A stretch of DNA of 64,000 nucleotides from Antechinus flavipes. Its lineage: Eukaryota. Of this stretch, positions 1-12,541 are shown piece by piece; position 1 is the first letter of the stretch; each line of letters starts with the position of its first letter. The translations under genes and the position numbers were made by a program. The stretch covers positions 223,510,001 to 223,574,000 of the forward strand of contig NC_067402.1 of the NCBI RefSeq assembly GCF_016432865.1. The letters run 5' to 3'. A model generated the notes under the pieces. That model was given only the letters and a program-made list of their open reading frames with translations, did no database searches and was not told the DNA's origin.

Positions 1-262
1 AGCAAATCTCTCAGTTTATGAAAAAAGTCCTCCCTGTGCAACAAGAGAACTGTTAATTCTGCAAACATTGTATCTAGGATATACTGTAACATATCTAACA
101 TATATAGGACTGCTTGCCCTCTAGAGGAGGGGGTGGAGGGAGGGAGGGGAAAAATCGGAGCAGAAATGAGTGCAAGGGATAATGTTGTAAAAAAATTACC
201 CTGGCATGGATTCTGTCAATATAAAGTTATTATTAAATAAAATAAAATATTAAAAAAAATCA
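1..262 (+). mobile_element. 3' end of a LINE-1-like element (G-rich tract, then A-rich tail), intronic in ATF7
   Basis: gaggaggggtggagggagggaggggaaaaa tract followed by attaaataaaataaaatattaaaaaaaa; resembles marsupial L1 3' ends as I recall them; family not confirmed. Confidence 0.55.
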
Positions 263-347
263 ATTGAATGCCACAATTTTACCTATTTAAAAAAAAAAAA
301 GAAAAAAGCCCTTTACTATTGGGGAAGGAATGATCTGAGACATTTTT

Positions 348-378
<31 letters not shown>

Positions 379-437
379 GAAAAACACCAGAAAGGGCCAA
401 CTTCTTTTTCAGCAGCATGTCTCTTCTTGGGCAACAG

Positions 438-635
438 GTCTCCCCAGCTCAGCCCACCCCTAGCACTGGGGGTCGGAGGCGACGCACAGTAGATGAGGAT
501 CCTGATGAGCGACGACAGCGTTTCCTTGAACGCAATCGTGCAGCAGCCTCTCGGTGCCGGCAGAAGCGCAAACTCTGGGTGTCCTCCTTGGAGAAGAAGG
601 CAGAGGAACTCACGTCCCAGAATATCCAACTGAGT
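438..635 (+). CDS. ATF7: ATF7 coding exon, bZIP basic region and start of zipper
   Basis: cag|GTC acceptor, AGT|gtaagt donor, 198 nt; VSPAQPTPSTGGRRRRTVDEDPDERRQRFLERNRAAASRCRQKRKLWVSSLEKKAEELTSQNIQLS matches ATF7. Confidence 0.97.
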
Positions 636-1323
636 GTAAGTGTACTCAGATAATGATTGAGTCTGGAGACTAGGAAATTGAGTTAGGGAAATATTGTGCA
701 GAGGATAATAATTTATTCCATAAGTAGAGAATAAATGATTTAAAATACAGCTAGAGAGATTTACAGCATATGCTAAGCCACAAGTTGAGTGACATGTTCT
801 TTGCTGTTAGTAAAAAACTTCCTCCACACCAACCTATGGATTTACAACAGTCTGATCTGTACAAGGAACCAGATTAGATGGAATCATTAAACCAGCAAAA
901 TATGATTCTTTCATTTTGTAATCAGTAGCATCTTAGCTGTAAATATAGAGCAAAAAAGTTTTCTGCCACTACTATATAATGAAAATTGCAATATTTTCAT
1001 TAGTCTCAGCGACCATTGCTAATGAAAGTGGTCTCTCTTGCTTACTGCTAATTTTTCACATTCTTTAGTTATATTTTTTATCCCCAAAACTACTGAATGT
1101 TACTATAAGCTTATTCTTCCTTCAGATTTACTGTGATTACCTGGGTTGCTGAAAGACATTGCTGGCTTTATAAAGTTTTTCCCATTAAAGGAGAAATGTG
1201 CCTTCCACAGGTGTATTTCCCTGGGTCCATTTGCACAATAGCTCCCACTCCCAGTGTTCATAATTCCAAAAGTGCAGAGGTGGGGTTCTCCATGATGTAA
1301 TCTCTTCTTCCCTCTGCATCCAG

Positions 1324-1432
1324 AATGAAGTCACATTACTGCGCAATGAGGTAGCCCAGTTGAAACAGCTGCTGTTAGCACATAAAGATTGCCCTGTCAC
1401 TGCACTACAAAAGAAGACCCAAGGGTACCTTG
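1324..1432 (+). CDS. ATF7: ATF7 coding exon, leucine zipper end
   Basis: cag|AAT acceptor, G|gtgagt donor, 109 nt; NEVTLLRNEVAQLKQLLLAHKDCPVTALQKKTQGYL. Confidence 0.97.
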
Positions 1433-2659
1433 GTGAGTAGACAAGGCCTACAGCTTCCCCATGCAGAGAAGGTCAGTAAATCATACATGCTAATTGTGGG
1501 AGGAAGACTGGACAGACTGCTGAAGAAGGGGGAAAAACATTTAAAATTTCCCTTTATAATCCCTATATACAGAGATAGGATCTGCATGAAAAAGACTTAG
1601 CATTCATTTGAATTTTGCTTCTCTATAAGAATGAGACTCCCACTTACAACTGTGCTCTGGTGTCCCATACAGCTGGGTAGTGGTGTCTGTAGGTTGTTTG
1701 AGGCTATGCCAGCAGCAAAATTGAGGCAGATCCCATCAATCTGGAAAGAAATTTAGGCCTGCCATCTAAGAAATAGCCCCTAGCTGGGTGTGGAAAAGCT
1801 CTTCCCTAGAAGGTTGGCCACCGGGCATCTGAGGAAAGAGGGGAGAGACAGGGAGTGAGGTATAGTAGTTAATGAAAAAGAACCCTCAAAAGTCTTGGTA
1901 AGGAAACAGCGATCTCCACGAATGGATGGAGAGCCCAGCATCAGATCCTTGCAAATGGAAAGGTGGAAGGAAATCCTGGAGAGGAGGTGTTCACGACCCC
2001 AATATGGTAACTCATAACTCAATGTGGGGATCACAGAATTAAGATTTATTATTAACAACTGTTTGATTTGTACACCTATCTTATATGCCTATATACCTGG
2101 GATAGTGTAAAAATTTCTCGGTCAGAAAGGGAGTTGCAAAGAAAACAAGTTTCAGAAGCCCTGGCTGATGTAGACTGTTTGAGGTGTCGAGAAGAAAGGC
2201 ATAGGTATTTGCAAATCTTTGTGATGTCAGTATATATGCTCTGCCTTCCTCTTTGTTTTGCTTAGGCTAATATTAAAATTAATATGTGGCCCATGAATAT
2301 ATCCTTTCTTTATCCAGATAAACCAGTTTGATAAAGGAGGTGGTTTGGAAGCATATGTAAGACAGAAAGAAATCAGTCTGAGCTTTAAAATATATATTGG
2401 ATAACCAGAACTAAATTGAAGAAGCACATATGAATACATGTTTATCTCACTTTATTCAACTTGATACATTCTGGAAAAGTTGAATAAAACTTTGATGTGT
2501 TGAATTTTCTTTTCTGATTAACTTCCTTCGAATTTTTCAGATATATTCCCCCAGAAAATTACTAGCATCAAAGTATAATAAAAGTCTTTTTTGCTTTAAG
2601 TTTTAACGTTTTTCATTGTGAACTTAACTGTTATCAACAAACAGACATTTCACAAGATC

Positions 2660-2780
2660 ATGGTCAAAAGGTGGATAGAACCTCAGGCCATCTAATCCAA
2701 ACCCCTCTTTTTACAGTTGAGGAAACTAAGGCCCAGCAAGTTTAAATCATTTGCCCAAGATACAAAAAATGAATCTGAAT
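2660..2780 (-). mobile_element. MIR-family SINE fragment
   Basis: Core motif ttttacagttgaggaaactaaggcccag...catttgcccaagat. Confidence 0.7.
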
Positions 2781-3291
2781 CTCCAGTATATACATTTTAG
2801 GTTTTTAAGTGTATCTTACTATTTAACAAAATAATAAATTGCCCTGTTTGTCTATATCCCTTTCTGAACTTGTTTTTGTTTTCTTCTGTGTGCTTTTCCA
2901 GTTCCCTTGCTCTTTTCTGTCTTTTTTTTTTCCCTCTGTCACTGTCCACTAACTCACTCCTTCTCTAAATAAAAACGCTGTCATCTAACAAACATAGTTG
3001 AGCAAAACAGATCAGCATTGGCCAAGTCTGAAAATGGATAGCTGATTCTGCACATCTCCATCACTTCTCTGCCAAGAGGCTGAGAGACTTACTTCATCAT
3101 TAGTCTCCTGAGGTCCGGACGGCTCAGAACTTTGAAGAAGTTCAGAGCTGTTTTCTTTTCCTTTACTGTGTTTATTGTGTTTTTTGTCTTCCTGGTCCTA
3201 TTTAATAAAACCAAGGAATAGTTTGCCTTTGTCACTGTCCTGCCTTGATACTTGATACACAAACCCTGTAAGAGCTATCCAACAGGCCATC

Positions 3292-3378
3292 CATATGACC
3301 TTACATAATATACCATCTTTTCAAATATACATCACATATGACCTTACATAATATACCATCTTTTCAAATATACATCAC
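3292..3378. repeat. Perfect tandem duplication of a 43-bp unit
   Basis: catatgaccttacataatataccatcttttcaaatatacatca at 3292-3334 and 3335-3377. Confidence 0.95.
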
Positions 3379-4419
3379 AATTCCTATGGCATTGGCTATC
3401 ACAATTATTTATCTGAATTCTCTGCCCACAAGAACCATGTTTAAATCTTTTTTTTTAAGTTTTATCCATAATTAACTTAAAATTCAATATTAAACTTCAA
3501 CACAACCAACTATTTACATTGAAATTAATTGTAGCACATAAAACCTAACTTCTTGTCATTCCCTCCAAATCCCTATCAGGATTTTTTGGTTTTTCTCATT
3601 TATCTTTCCTCATATGACTGGAATTACATGAAGAGGCAGCGTAGTTGAGTGGCCTTGGACCAGGAAGTTTACAATCTGGTCCTCCCACTGACCAAGAGAC
3701 ACTGGGCAAGTCATTTCACTTTTCATGGAAAGACTCAAAGTTACAAAAAGGTTTCAAGCTTTTCTGGAAGGAAGAAGTTATCGAGCCAGGTCCCATCCCA
3801 CAAGTGTTGTTAGGATGGATTCCATTCTTTTGGTTTCGATTCTCCTCCCCACCCCCCCACTGCCACCCCCTTCCTGTTTGCATCATTCCATAAAGGTCTT
3901 TCCAAATTTCTTTGTATTCATTCTCCCTTATTGTTGGGCTTCAGAGTATATACAGCTTTTTGCACTTAACATAGAATCCTGCTGTGAAAATCCCTGGACA
4001 GGTGAGGGAAACTATGAATCATCTGTGCTTTATCTTAAAGCATAAAACGTTAACCCTGTAAGTAGAGGGCCTCAAGTAGGTAAGCAGTGTTTAGCTTTAG
4101 TGAATGACTAATTAATGAGAAGATCTTAAAAGACCTTTTCTTCTTGTTTGCCACCTTGACTGCTTCTTGAGTAGGAGCTTCCTCTTTTTTCCCCCAAGCA
4201 AATACTTGTGGTCAAGTGATTTATCAGGTTTACTTTTGCTTGAGTGTACACTTGAGTGTTCAAAGAACATATGAAGGAAAGAGGTGGTCAGGGGACAAGC
4301 TCTACCTGGTCATCAAAAATTTCCTGAAGAAGGTGTTTGTTTTAAATGCTTTTTGAGACTGGGGCATGTATAGAAGGAGTAGGTATAGCACAGCTAGGGG
4401 TTACAGCAGACACATAGCT

Positions 4420-4603
4420 CTTTGACGAAACACTTTATCTCCTTTGAGCCCCATAGCAACCCTGGGAGGTAGATGTTATCCCCATTTTATAGATGAAAAA
4501 ACTGAGGCAAACAGGGTGAAGTGAGTTGGTCATGGTCTCAGAGGTCATAAGTGAACTCAGGTTTTCTTGGCTCCAGGCCCAGCGCACTCTCCACTGCCCC
4601 AGC
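4420..4603 (-). mobile_element. MIR-family SINE
   Basis: aaccctgggaggtagatgttatccccattttatagatgaaaaaactgaggc core plus ctccaggcccagcgcactctccactg tRNA-derived head. Confidence 0.8.
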
Positions 4604-4895
4604 CAGCTGCTTGGTTGGTTGTAGAGATTAGATGAGCCTAACAAGAACAGAGCGTCCTTGTTGGTTTATCTCTCATTTATATTTTCCAACAGAGACCCAA
4701 TGGAGAAGTGAGGTTTAGATGTTAAGAATCACCCTCGGGCGGTAGGATATTTGTCTCTCCCTATTAGACTTTTCATTTTCTCTGGCCTCTTTGGGCAGAC
4801 AGGAGAGGCTGGCTCTGTCTGTCTTGCCAGTCTCTGTGCTAACTTCAGTTCTTTTCTTTCCCCCTGCCCCCCACTCTCTCCTTTGCTCCCAGCAG

Positions 4896-5113
4896 AAAGC
4901 CCCAAGGAGAGCTCAGAACCAACGGGTTCCCCAGCTCCAGTGATCCAGCACAGCTCAGCAACAGCTGCTAGCAATGGCCTCAGCGTCCGCTCCGCCGCCG
5001 AAGCCGTTGCCACGTCAGTCCTCACTCAGATGGCCAGCCAAAGGACAGAACTGAACATGCCCATACAGTCGCATGTGATCATGACCCCACAGTCCCAGTC
5101 TGCGGGCAGATGA
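4896..5113 (+). CDS. ATF7: ATF7 terminal coding exon
   Basis: cccagcag| tandem acceptor; (E)SPKESSEPTGSPAPVIQHSS...VIMTPQSQSAGR* with TGA at 5111-5113; phase matches the previous exon. Confidence 0.96.
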
Positions 5114-8100
5114 TGCCTCCCCCAACGGAGAGGTCCCTGGCCAGAGCTCGCCCACCCAAAACCTGAGAGAGACATCATCCCTTCTCCTCCTACCTGCCTT
5201 GCACATGGGATGGCAGCAGGGAAATTGTGTTTTAAGTGAGTAAAGGACAGTTATGGAGCTATTCTGTTCATCTGCATGGGTCATACACATCTGGCCTATG
5301 TATTCTAAGGGGCTTCTAGCCCCAAGCATCCAGTCACTCCCACCTAACACCCCAAGGTGGTTTCTCATCCTTTTGCAAAAAGTCTTCCTCAGTGGTGGAA
5401 ATAACACCTCTCCAAGCCCCGTGTAGTGTTCACATGCCCATCTGTTTAACACTAACCTGTCTGCCACCAGATTGGGAGATCCCTTCTACCCACCCAGCTG
5501 TAGCAGTCACTCTTTCAAGCCTGAGCAGCATGCAGACGTCAGGCTGCCTGGAGAACAAGGGGAGGGCCCAACTGGAGCACATTGTCCCATCCAGCTCCTT
5601 TCCTGAGCTCATGGCATCTCTGGACCAAGAGCCCAGCTTGGTCCCCCAAAACCACCAGCGTCTTCCTTCTCCCATCACTACCAGTTCAAACATTTCTCTG
5701 TTAAGAGTCTTGGGGTTGCCCAAGTGGGCTTTCCTTTTCATCTCCTCACTAAGCCCTGGCACCCTCATTTTGTGGCCTTAAATTGTTGTCTTACCTTGCA
5801 ATGGGAAGGGAGAGGATTCTAGAGCTAATTTCTTGTTTTCCCCCCATACTTCAGCTCGAATTGTTGGAACATGATGGAGCCATATATGTCTGCAGAAGAT
5901 GCAATTTAAAACTTCTTCCACAAAGTCCTTAAGATATTAGCTTCTCTATCTTTTGCAGCAGCCAACTGGCCAATTTGCATGTGCCTGTCTGCATCTCTGC
6001 TGATTCCTCCCCCTCTCACTTCATTCATGTCCACATGATTCTCTCTAATTCTCCTCCCATAAAAAGCAGCCCAACTCCATGTTTACAGAAAGCTGTGTTT
6101 TCTAAATTGTTTCTCGTCCTTCCCCATTTTTCAGCCTCACTTATCCTCTGAAATACCCACCATACTCAGTTTCTACCTTCTGATTCCATCATCATCTGCC
6201 CAGGCCAGCTTCCTTCCCAGTCATTGCCCAGCTCTGTCTGCCTTCCCTTCTCAGGGGCCCAGAGAAGCCGGGGCTGCTGTAGTTGCCTTGAGTACAGTAC
6301 AGTGTTGTCCCAAGAGGGTACCGGCTGCTTAGGAAACCTCCTCCTTTCCCAGGTAGGATTAGATTGAGAGGAGGAATCCCCTCCTTCCTCTGAGCCTCTT
6401 GTGTGACTTCTAGTCTTCCCTGCACTAACTATGCAATACTGCCTTGGGGCCAAAGGCAGCCCAGCAGCCGCCGCCTGCCGGCTTGGAACCCACTCACCTT
6501 GTCTTCAGAAGCAGCGGCTATGGAGAGCCAGGAAGATACTTGACACTTTCTTCTCAGATAACACACAAACCAGGCCTCCATTCAGGGGCCACAATCTGCT
6601 CCTTTTTTGAACTTGCCCAGAAATTTTTCAGGCCCATAGCGGAGAAAGCCAACCCGCAGTATGGAGAGGAAGAAGAGGAAAGCACCTTTCTCCTTTTCTC
6701 ATGGTCCTGGGGCCAAGGACCCTACCAGGACAATGGCTGTGGGAGTCAGTGGCAGCCTCGGGCTCCTCATCTCTCCTGACTCGGCCTTCGGCACAGCTCA
6801 CCTGCACCGGCCCTTCAGCAAGGGCCTTTGAGGCCCTTTTTTCTACTTTGGGATTTTGTTTTGTTTTTCTTCTTTCAGCTTAGCACTGACAGCCATGGCT
6901 GCCTTTTATGGCTCCTAAGGAGCTCCATAGACCCTGTATGGCTCCCCTTGAAAAATGTTTTTAAAATTGAGGATTTTACCAAAGAAGAGGGAGTAGCTCC
7001 TTTCCTATCTCCATTTTGGAAGTTTGGAGGTAGAACATTACTAGCCTTTCCCTCCCCCTAGGCTCATCCCCAAATTCTGGCATCTGTACTTTATCAGCTC
7101 AAGAAAAGCACATGCAGAGTAGGGAACACCGAGGCCCCTCACAGCCTTCTGGTTCTTTCTGCTTCTTACCCTTCTCCCAGCAACCACCCCAGAATTGGGG
7201 AGTGGGGAGCAGGAGTGGCTGCTTATCCCAAAGCTTTCCCCTTAGCCTGTGGGAATGCATTTTGCCATTGCAATTGCTGTCATCATCTTAGCAAGAGGAC
7301 CTGAGATTGCCCCAAGTTTCCATGACCATCCAGGACAGGACCCCCACCCCAGACACCTGCCCCAGAAAAGGGCCACAGCACAACGGGTCACCAGAACTCA
7401 TTCCTGACACTTCAAAAATCATAGTGTATGGAGCACTGGAGCCTTCCTTGCCCCACAAGAGGAGGAGAGCCTGGAGAGCAGTCCAAAGCAGGAGGGGCAC
7501 CCTCGGACTGGGTCGCCAAGACAAGTCAGGCCTTAATGTTTGCAACGGGAATAGATTCTGAGTGTCTGTATCTCCAAAGGCTCTCCTAGCTCTTCCCACC
7601 AACCCCCCAGCACCTCCATCACCAACACGTAACCTTTAACCCTTCAGCTCTAACAACAGCTTCACCCGGCATTGGGGCGGCCAGCTGCTTCCACCTCCTC
7701 CCATGCTAGTCTGTGTGACCTCTCCCTCTGGAATTCTCCTCCCAGCATTCCCCACCACCCAGCTCTATGCCTGCCTTCTCTGCAAAGCAGCTGGCTGCTA
7801 GGAGTGACCCTTCCTCACGACCTCACCCGGGCTCTCTAGACAGACTTCAGTTCCCTACTTAGGACCTGTACTCCAGGGACTTAATGAGGGTCTTCTTCAT
7901 ACTCTTCTCTCCCTCCCCCCACCCTCCACACCCCCCCCCCAGTTCGAGACTGAGAGGCTCCCTAAAAAAAAACCAAAACAGCCTCCCAGGAAGCAACCTT
8001 ATTTGGGACTGCCTCTGACCCCACTCCCTCTACCCCAATCTTACAATGATTTTCTATTAATATTGTATATTGTATACACCGGACGGAAATGTTATCTTTG

Positions 8101-9270
8101 TTAACCTCATAACCTGATTGTTTAGAATTCAGGCTTCTGTATTGCATACATATGCCTTTGTTGATGTGCTTGCTGCTTTCTTTGGATATCATTTGTATCC
8201 AAGAAAATGTGGGGGAATGGGATGAGAAGCTAGGGCAGACTAGGACTGGTTTCTTTTTTGGGGGGGGGATTATTTTTGAGATAATCTTCCCTAGCTCCTC
8301 TGCTTTCTCCCCAACAGAAGCCAGGAAGTTCAGTGCGTGTCTGCCAGCCCCCATTTCTACCTTGAGTCACTCAGTTCAGGCTTTTTGTTGAAGATCCTAA
8401 TCCCAGAGTAGTGGAGAGGTGGCCTTGGTAGCTGGGGGGAGCGGGGAAGGGTGCTGCCCTGGTGCCTTCTTTAGTTGATTGCTATGAAAGCAAATTTTAA
8501 AGCTCCAGTGAGTGGAATGGCCAGCGGCCACACGAGACTTAATTGACATTAGCATGAGGGAAATTTGACTTCTTTTTTGGTTTGTTAAAACTATTCCTAA
8601 TTCCTCAAACCCCTAACACTGTGATATTTTCACTCTAAAAGAACGTCAAGGTAGAAGATTATTCCCTTCCCCTCCCTTCAGCAGTGTTTAGTTAGGATCA
8701 GGTGGGCTGTTCTGCATCTCCCCAGAACACACAGAAAACAGCCTTTCAGGCTGAGGGACAAGGTAGAAAATTGGGGAGTTTTAGTGCCTGTCTTGGAGGA
8801 AAGAAATTGCAGTGTCCCATTGTTGGATCTCTCTGAAAGGAAACAGCGCATATCTAAAGACTATATCTCCATACATCTATATATCTTTGACATATAACCA
8901 TTTTTTCCCATCTAACCCCTTCTTCCCTAGACAAGGGGCTCTTCTCTGTTTCCAAGTTTCCCCTACCCTCAAAAGTGAGCTGCCAGGGGGGTGGGCTGTG
9001 CTGCCAGCTATTTTATTACAAAGAGATTTCTTCCCTTCACCCTCCCCTCCTTAAATCTGCATGACAGAAATACCCTGTGAGCAGGCTCTCACAAACTCCC
9101 AGGACGGGGACTGGGCAAAGACTTCACTCTGCTCCCCCCCCCCCAAATTTCCTCTCCTTTGCCTCCTAGCTGTTTCCTCCTAGCCATTGTTCCTCCCCCT
9201 CCTCCTCCCACATATATTGTGCCTTATTTAATGCTGCAAATATAACATTAAACTATTAACAAGAGAAATC
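5114..9270 (+). other. ATF7: ATF7 3'UTR (end uncertain)
   Basis: Follows the stop codon; candidate poly(A) signals ATTAAA 9247-9252, AATAAA 10043-10048, AATAAA 11245-11250. Confidence 0.55.
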
Positions 9271-9814
9271 ATTGTGTTTGTTCTACTGCTGCTTTAATAA
9301 GATAGATAAAATCATTCTCATGTCCATCATGCTTTTCTATCACTGGAAAGCACATGGCATCTATGTTCTCTCACATCCTATCCCTGAGGGAAGGAGAAGG
9401 GATTTGTTCCTCAGTTTCCAGATCAGGAAACAAGAGTCCAGAGGAGGTAACGTATTTATGCACCAAAGAAACAGGTCCTCTTTTTAGGCAGTGTCTGAAC
9501 CACTGAGGAAAAACTGCCTAAGGAGAAGTGGGTATTTAGGGCCCATTCTTTAACCGATACCACTACCCCTCAATCCCCCCAGAGCCTCACCTCCGGTGTT
9601 GGCTTGGTGAAGGTGATGAGTACCGGCACAAGTACAGCCAGAGAAAAGGGCTTGCAAAGCTTTAATGCTCATCAAAATAATATTTAATAGGTATCTTTCA
9701 CAGAGCACTTGGCCGAGTGCTGGGGAAACAACTATCCTTGCTCTCCAAGAGAAGTTTTAGGAGAAAGAAGAGGGGCATATGTAGGTATATATGGAACATT
9801 TCCAAATACAAAAG

Positions 9815-9965
9815 GAGGGTGGGGCAGTGTTGAATGTACTCTGTACTTGTGTGACCTTGGACAAGTGACTGATTATTGGACCTCAGGTTCTTTTATCTGT
9901 AAGTGAAAAGATTACACTAAAAGATCTAGGATATTCCTTCCGGTTCTAAGAAATTGATTCAGCTT
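9815..9965 (+). mobile_element. MIR/MIR3 SINE
   Basis: tgtgtgaccttggacaagtgact...cctcaggttctttatctgtaagtg...ccttccggttctaag. Confidence 0.7.
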
Positions 9966-11421
9966 GTCACAGCAGGACTGAGATGCTTTTAGTGCCCAGA
10001 AAAAAAGAGCTGCTTTTGCTTTCTCCTTTCACCAAAGACCAGAATAAAAAGGAATGAACTTTAAAATGTGGCAGGCAGGATTGAGGCACGATGCAAGAAC
10101 CTATTTGGGATTTTAGGGACAAAGGAGTGCTTCTTCAGGAATAAGACAATCTCCAATTCCCATGTTTGAGCAAAACGAAGTTCATGCCTTAATCAGAACT
10201 TCGGAGCCAAGGACAGCCCCCTGGAAGTTCTGCTCCATTCACCAAGTGTTAAGAGTTCTAAAAGTCTTGGAAAAGAAAGAAAGGTCCAGCTTTCACATCT
10301 ATCCTTCAGTCCTCCCTCCCCCTGGGTTAAAATACTATGTAAAGTGACCCAATGGGCAATGGAAAGAAGTATTGTGAGACCAGATGTAGACCATTCAGCT
10401 AGCAAGAATAGGGATTAATAGATGGATGTTGTTTTTTTTTTTTAAACGCAGGAGGGAACAGAAAAAGCTCCAGGACTTTGGGTGCATGGGCAGGAAGGAC
10501 AGGAAGCAAAAAAGCAGTAATACCCACAGCAAAGAGTTGTTTGAGCAAGGATCCATGGCTTGCAATGAGCATCAGCCACCACTGGGTGGCAGCAGCACTC
10601 CACCTTACACACTAGTGTGTCAGGAAGATCATCCTCAGAATTCTAAAAGGGTTCCCGTACAACAGCAATCCCCTAAACGTGGACGTCTCCTAAACTCTAC
10701 TTTCCCATCACTGCAGATCCCAAAGCACTACATTTGCTTAAGGGTGGCACTTGGTCAGTAATCCTGTCTTCTTGACTCCCAGCTACAGTCCAGATTTTCA
10801 GTCTGCTTCCAACCCCAAGCCAGAAGGGGATACAAGAGGTGGGAGGAGTAGGGAAGAAGCTTCCATAGGGGAAGCCTAGGGCTCGATTTTCCTTACCTTT
10901 AACCTTTCCTTCTTGTCTCCTCACGTGAATCTGAGTGATTTAGGAGTCTCCAGAAATAACCAGGTTATTAAATTCAGCCCACCTTTAACCCAAATGGAAG
11001 GTCTCCCCACCATCCGTGGGTTAGAGCTGCTCCCTCTTCCAAATCATATCCCTTCCATTCCAATGCAGGGCATCCTTCCTCCCCCAGATTTTCCCCAAAT
11101 GCCTTTTGGAGGAGTGCTACAGGGGGTGCGGAACAAAACAACCAGTCAGAAGTTTCCAACCTGTTGTTGAGGAATAGCCAGACTTTGACAAAATGCCTGC
11201 AATTAATGAGTTTCTTAAACTCAGGAGACAAGATTTAAGTGTTTAATAAAGTCAAGAACGCCAGGCTTTGGGGCTGAGGGCCTGGGGCTGAGAGCTAGGA
11301 GTCCCAGGAGTGCCATGGGAGGGGATCCCAGGCGGCCGTTAATGGGCCTGAGCGTTTCCGTTGCCAGCTCAGCCCCCACGCTCCCACCTCCTCTTCGGGG
11401 GGGTGGGGGGAGGACAGCAGG

Positions 11422-11428
11422 TATAAGA
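11422..11428 (+). promoter_or_regulatory. NPFF: NPFF TATA box
   Basis: TATAAGA 50 nt upstream of the ATG, after G-rich Sp1-like boxes. Confidence 0.7.
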
Positions 11429-11471
11429 GGCGGGTGTGGCAGACAGGCAGGCAAGAGACAGAGAAGGCAAT

Positions 11472-11579
11472 ATGGACGCTAGAAGCGTGGCTGTGCTGCT
11501 GTTGCTGGTGACGGTGGGCAGAGGCCAAGCTGAAGGACCAGGGGCTACCAAGGAGGGCGTTGGGGACCATATGCTCATG
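11472..11579 (+). CDS. NPFF: NPFF exon 1, signal peptide
   Basis: MDARSVAVLLLLVTVGRGQAEGPGATKEGVGDHMLM; hydrophobic signal core; ATG|gtaagt donor, phase 0. Confidence 0.9.
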
Positions 11580-11840
11580 GTAAGTGAACATCCATCGTTC
11601 CAATTTCTCCCCATCAACTGGGTGAAAGCAGGAGCAAGGGACTCTGAATTCCAATCTTGCACTTTGCTAGTTCTCCTGGGGGTTTGGCAGGGAGGGCATT
11701 CTCCTCGACATCACCTAGCTCCAGACCCATGTCCGAGGACGATCCTTTAGTACAGCCCTTCCCCGTGAGTCAGCTTTTCTCAGCCCTCCCTCACCCTGCT
11801 CCTTCATCTGTCACAATCCCGGCTGCCCACTGGGCTGTAG

Positions 11841-11962
11841 GAGGAAGACAACGGACCCCCCCCTAGACGGGATGCTCAGACACCCGTGTCTGTCCTGCAG
11901 TCCTTGCTGCAAGCCATGAAGAGACCCGGCCGGAGCCCAGCCTTCCTGTTCCAGCCCCAGAG
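11841..11962 (+). CDS. NPFF: NPFF exon 2, ends in the NPFF peptide
   Basis: tag|GAG acceptor; EEDNGPPPRRDAQTPVSVLQSLLQAMKRPGRSPAFLFQPQ(R); AG|gtgaga donor. Confidence 0.95.
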
Positions 11963-12054
11963 GTGAGAGTCCAAGAGGGACAAATCGAGGGCTGGAGGGG
12001 GCGGGGACAGTAGGGAAGATGAGGCACCTTGCTCAAGGCAAGCTATCTTCACAG

Positions 12055-12166
12055 GTTTGGCCGGGATGCCCGGAGGAGCCCTGGCAGACAGGGGCTGAGT
12101 CTTCAGGCTGGGGAGGCTCCTCTGTTCTGGAGCCTGGCTGCTCCACAACGCTTTGGGAAAAAGTGA
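12055..12166 (+). CDS. NPFF: NPFF exon 3, NPAF/NPSF peptide and stop
   Basis: cag|G acceptor; FGRDARRSPGRQGLSLQAGEAPLFWSLAAPQRFGKK*; spliced total 342 nt = 113 aa with two PQRF-G amidation motifs. Confidence 0.95.
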
Positions 12167-12227
12167 TGATGTTGCACCCAACCAGTACGTTTTTGCATGC
12201 AAAGCCCACATAGATGCCCTTTGTCCT

Positions 12228-12233
12228 AATAAA
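12228..12233 (+). terminator. NPFF: NPFF poly(A) signal
   Basis: AATAAA about 60 nt after the stop, followed by GT-rich sequence. Confidence 0.8.
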
Positions 12234-12541
12234 AGCATCTTATTACCAGCTGTGTCGTCTATGTCTGTGTCTGGCTTCAAGGGGTGGGAAGTGGCCCCTT
12301 CCCCGTTACTGCAGCAATAGCCTCGCTAGAGGTTACTGCCCCTCAGCCATGAGATGGGCTGACAACACCCCCACCCCCCAACTTCTGAAAAGCTGGAGAA
12401 GGAGAAGCGAGGGAAACAAGAACAGGGGAAAGGCAGCAGAGAGGAAAGCATAGGCAAATAGAGGCATCTCCTCCCTCCCACTCGGCACCCTGGGAGAGAT
12501 ACAGACACCACCAGAATTAACAAAGCACTTGGAGAACCAGG

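Noticed and set aside
5015-8391. ORFs of 60-150 aa in the ATF7 3'UTR
   Set aside because: Mostly non-ATG starts, no homology, no exon structure
9580-9700. GTGATGA box and a - strand GAG|gtgagg donor
   Set aside because: No D box, no matching acceptor or open frame
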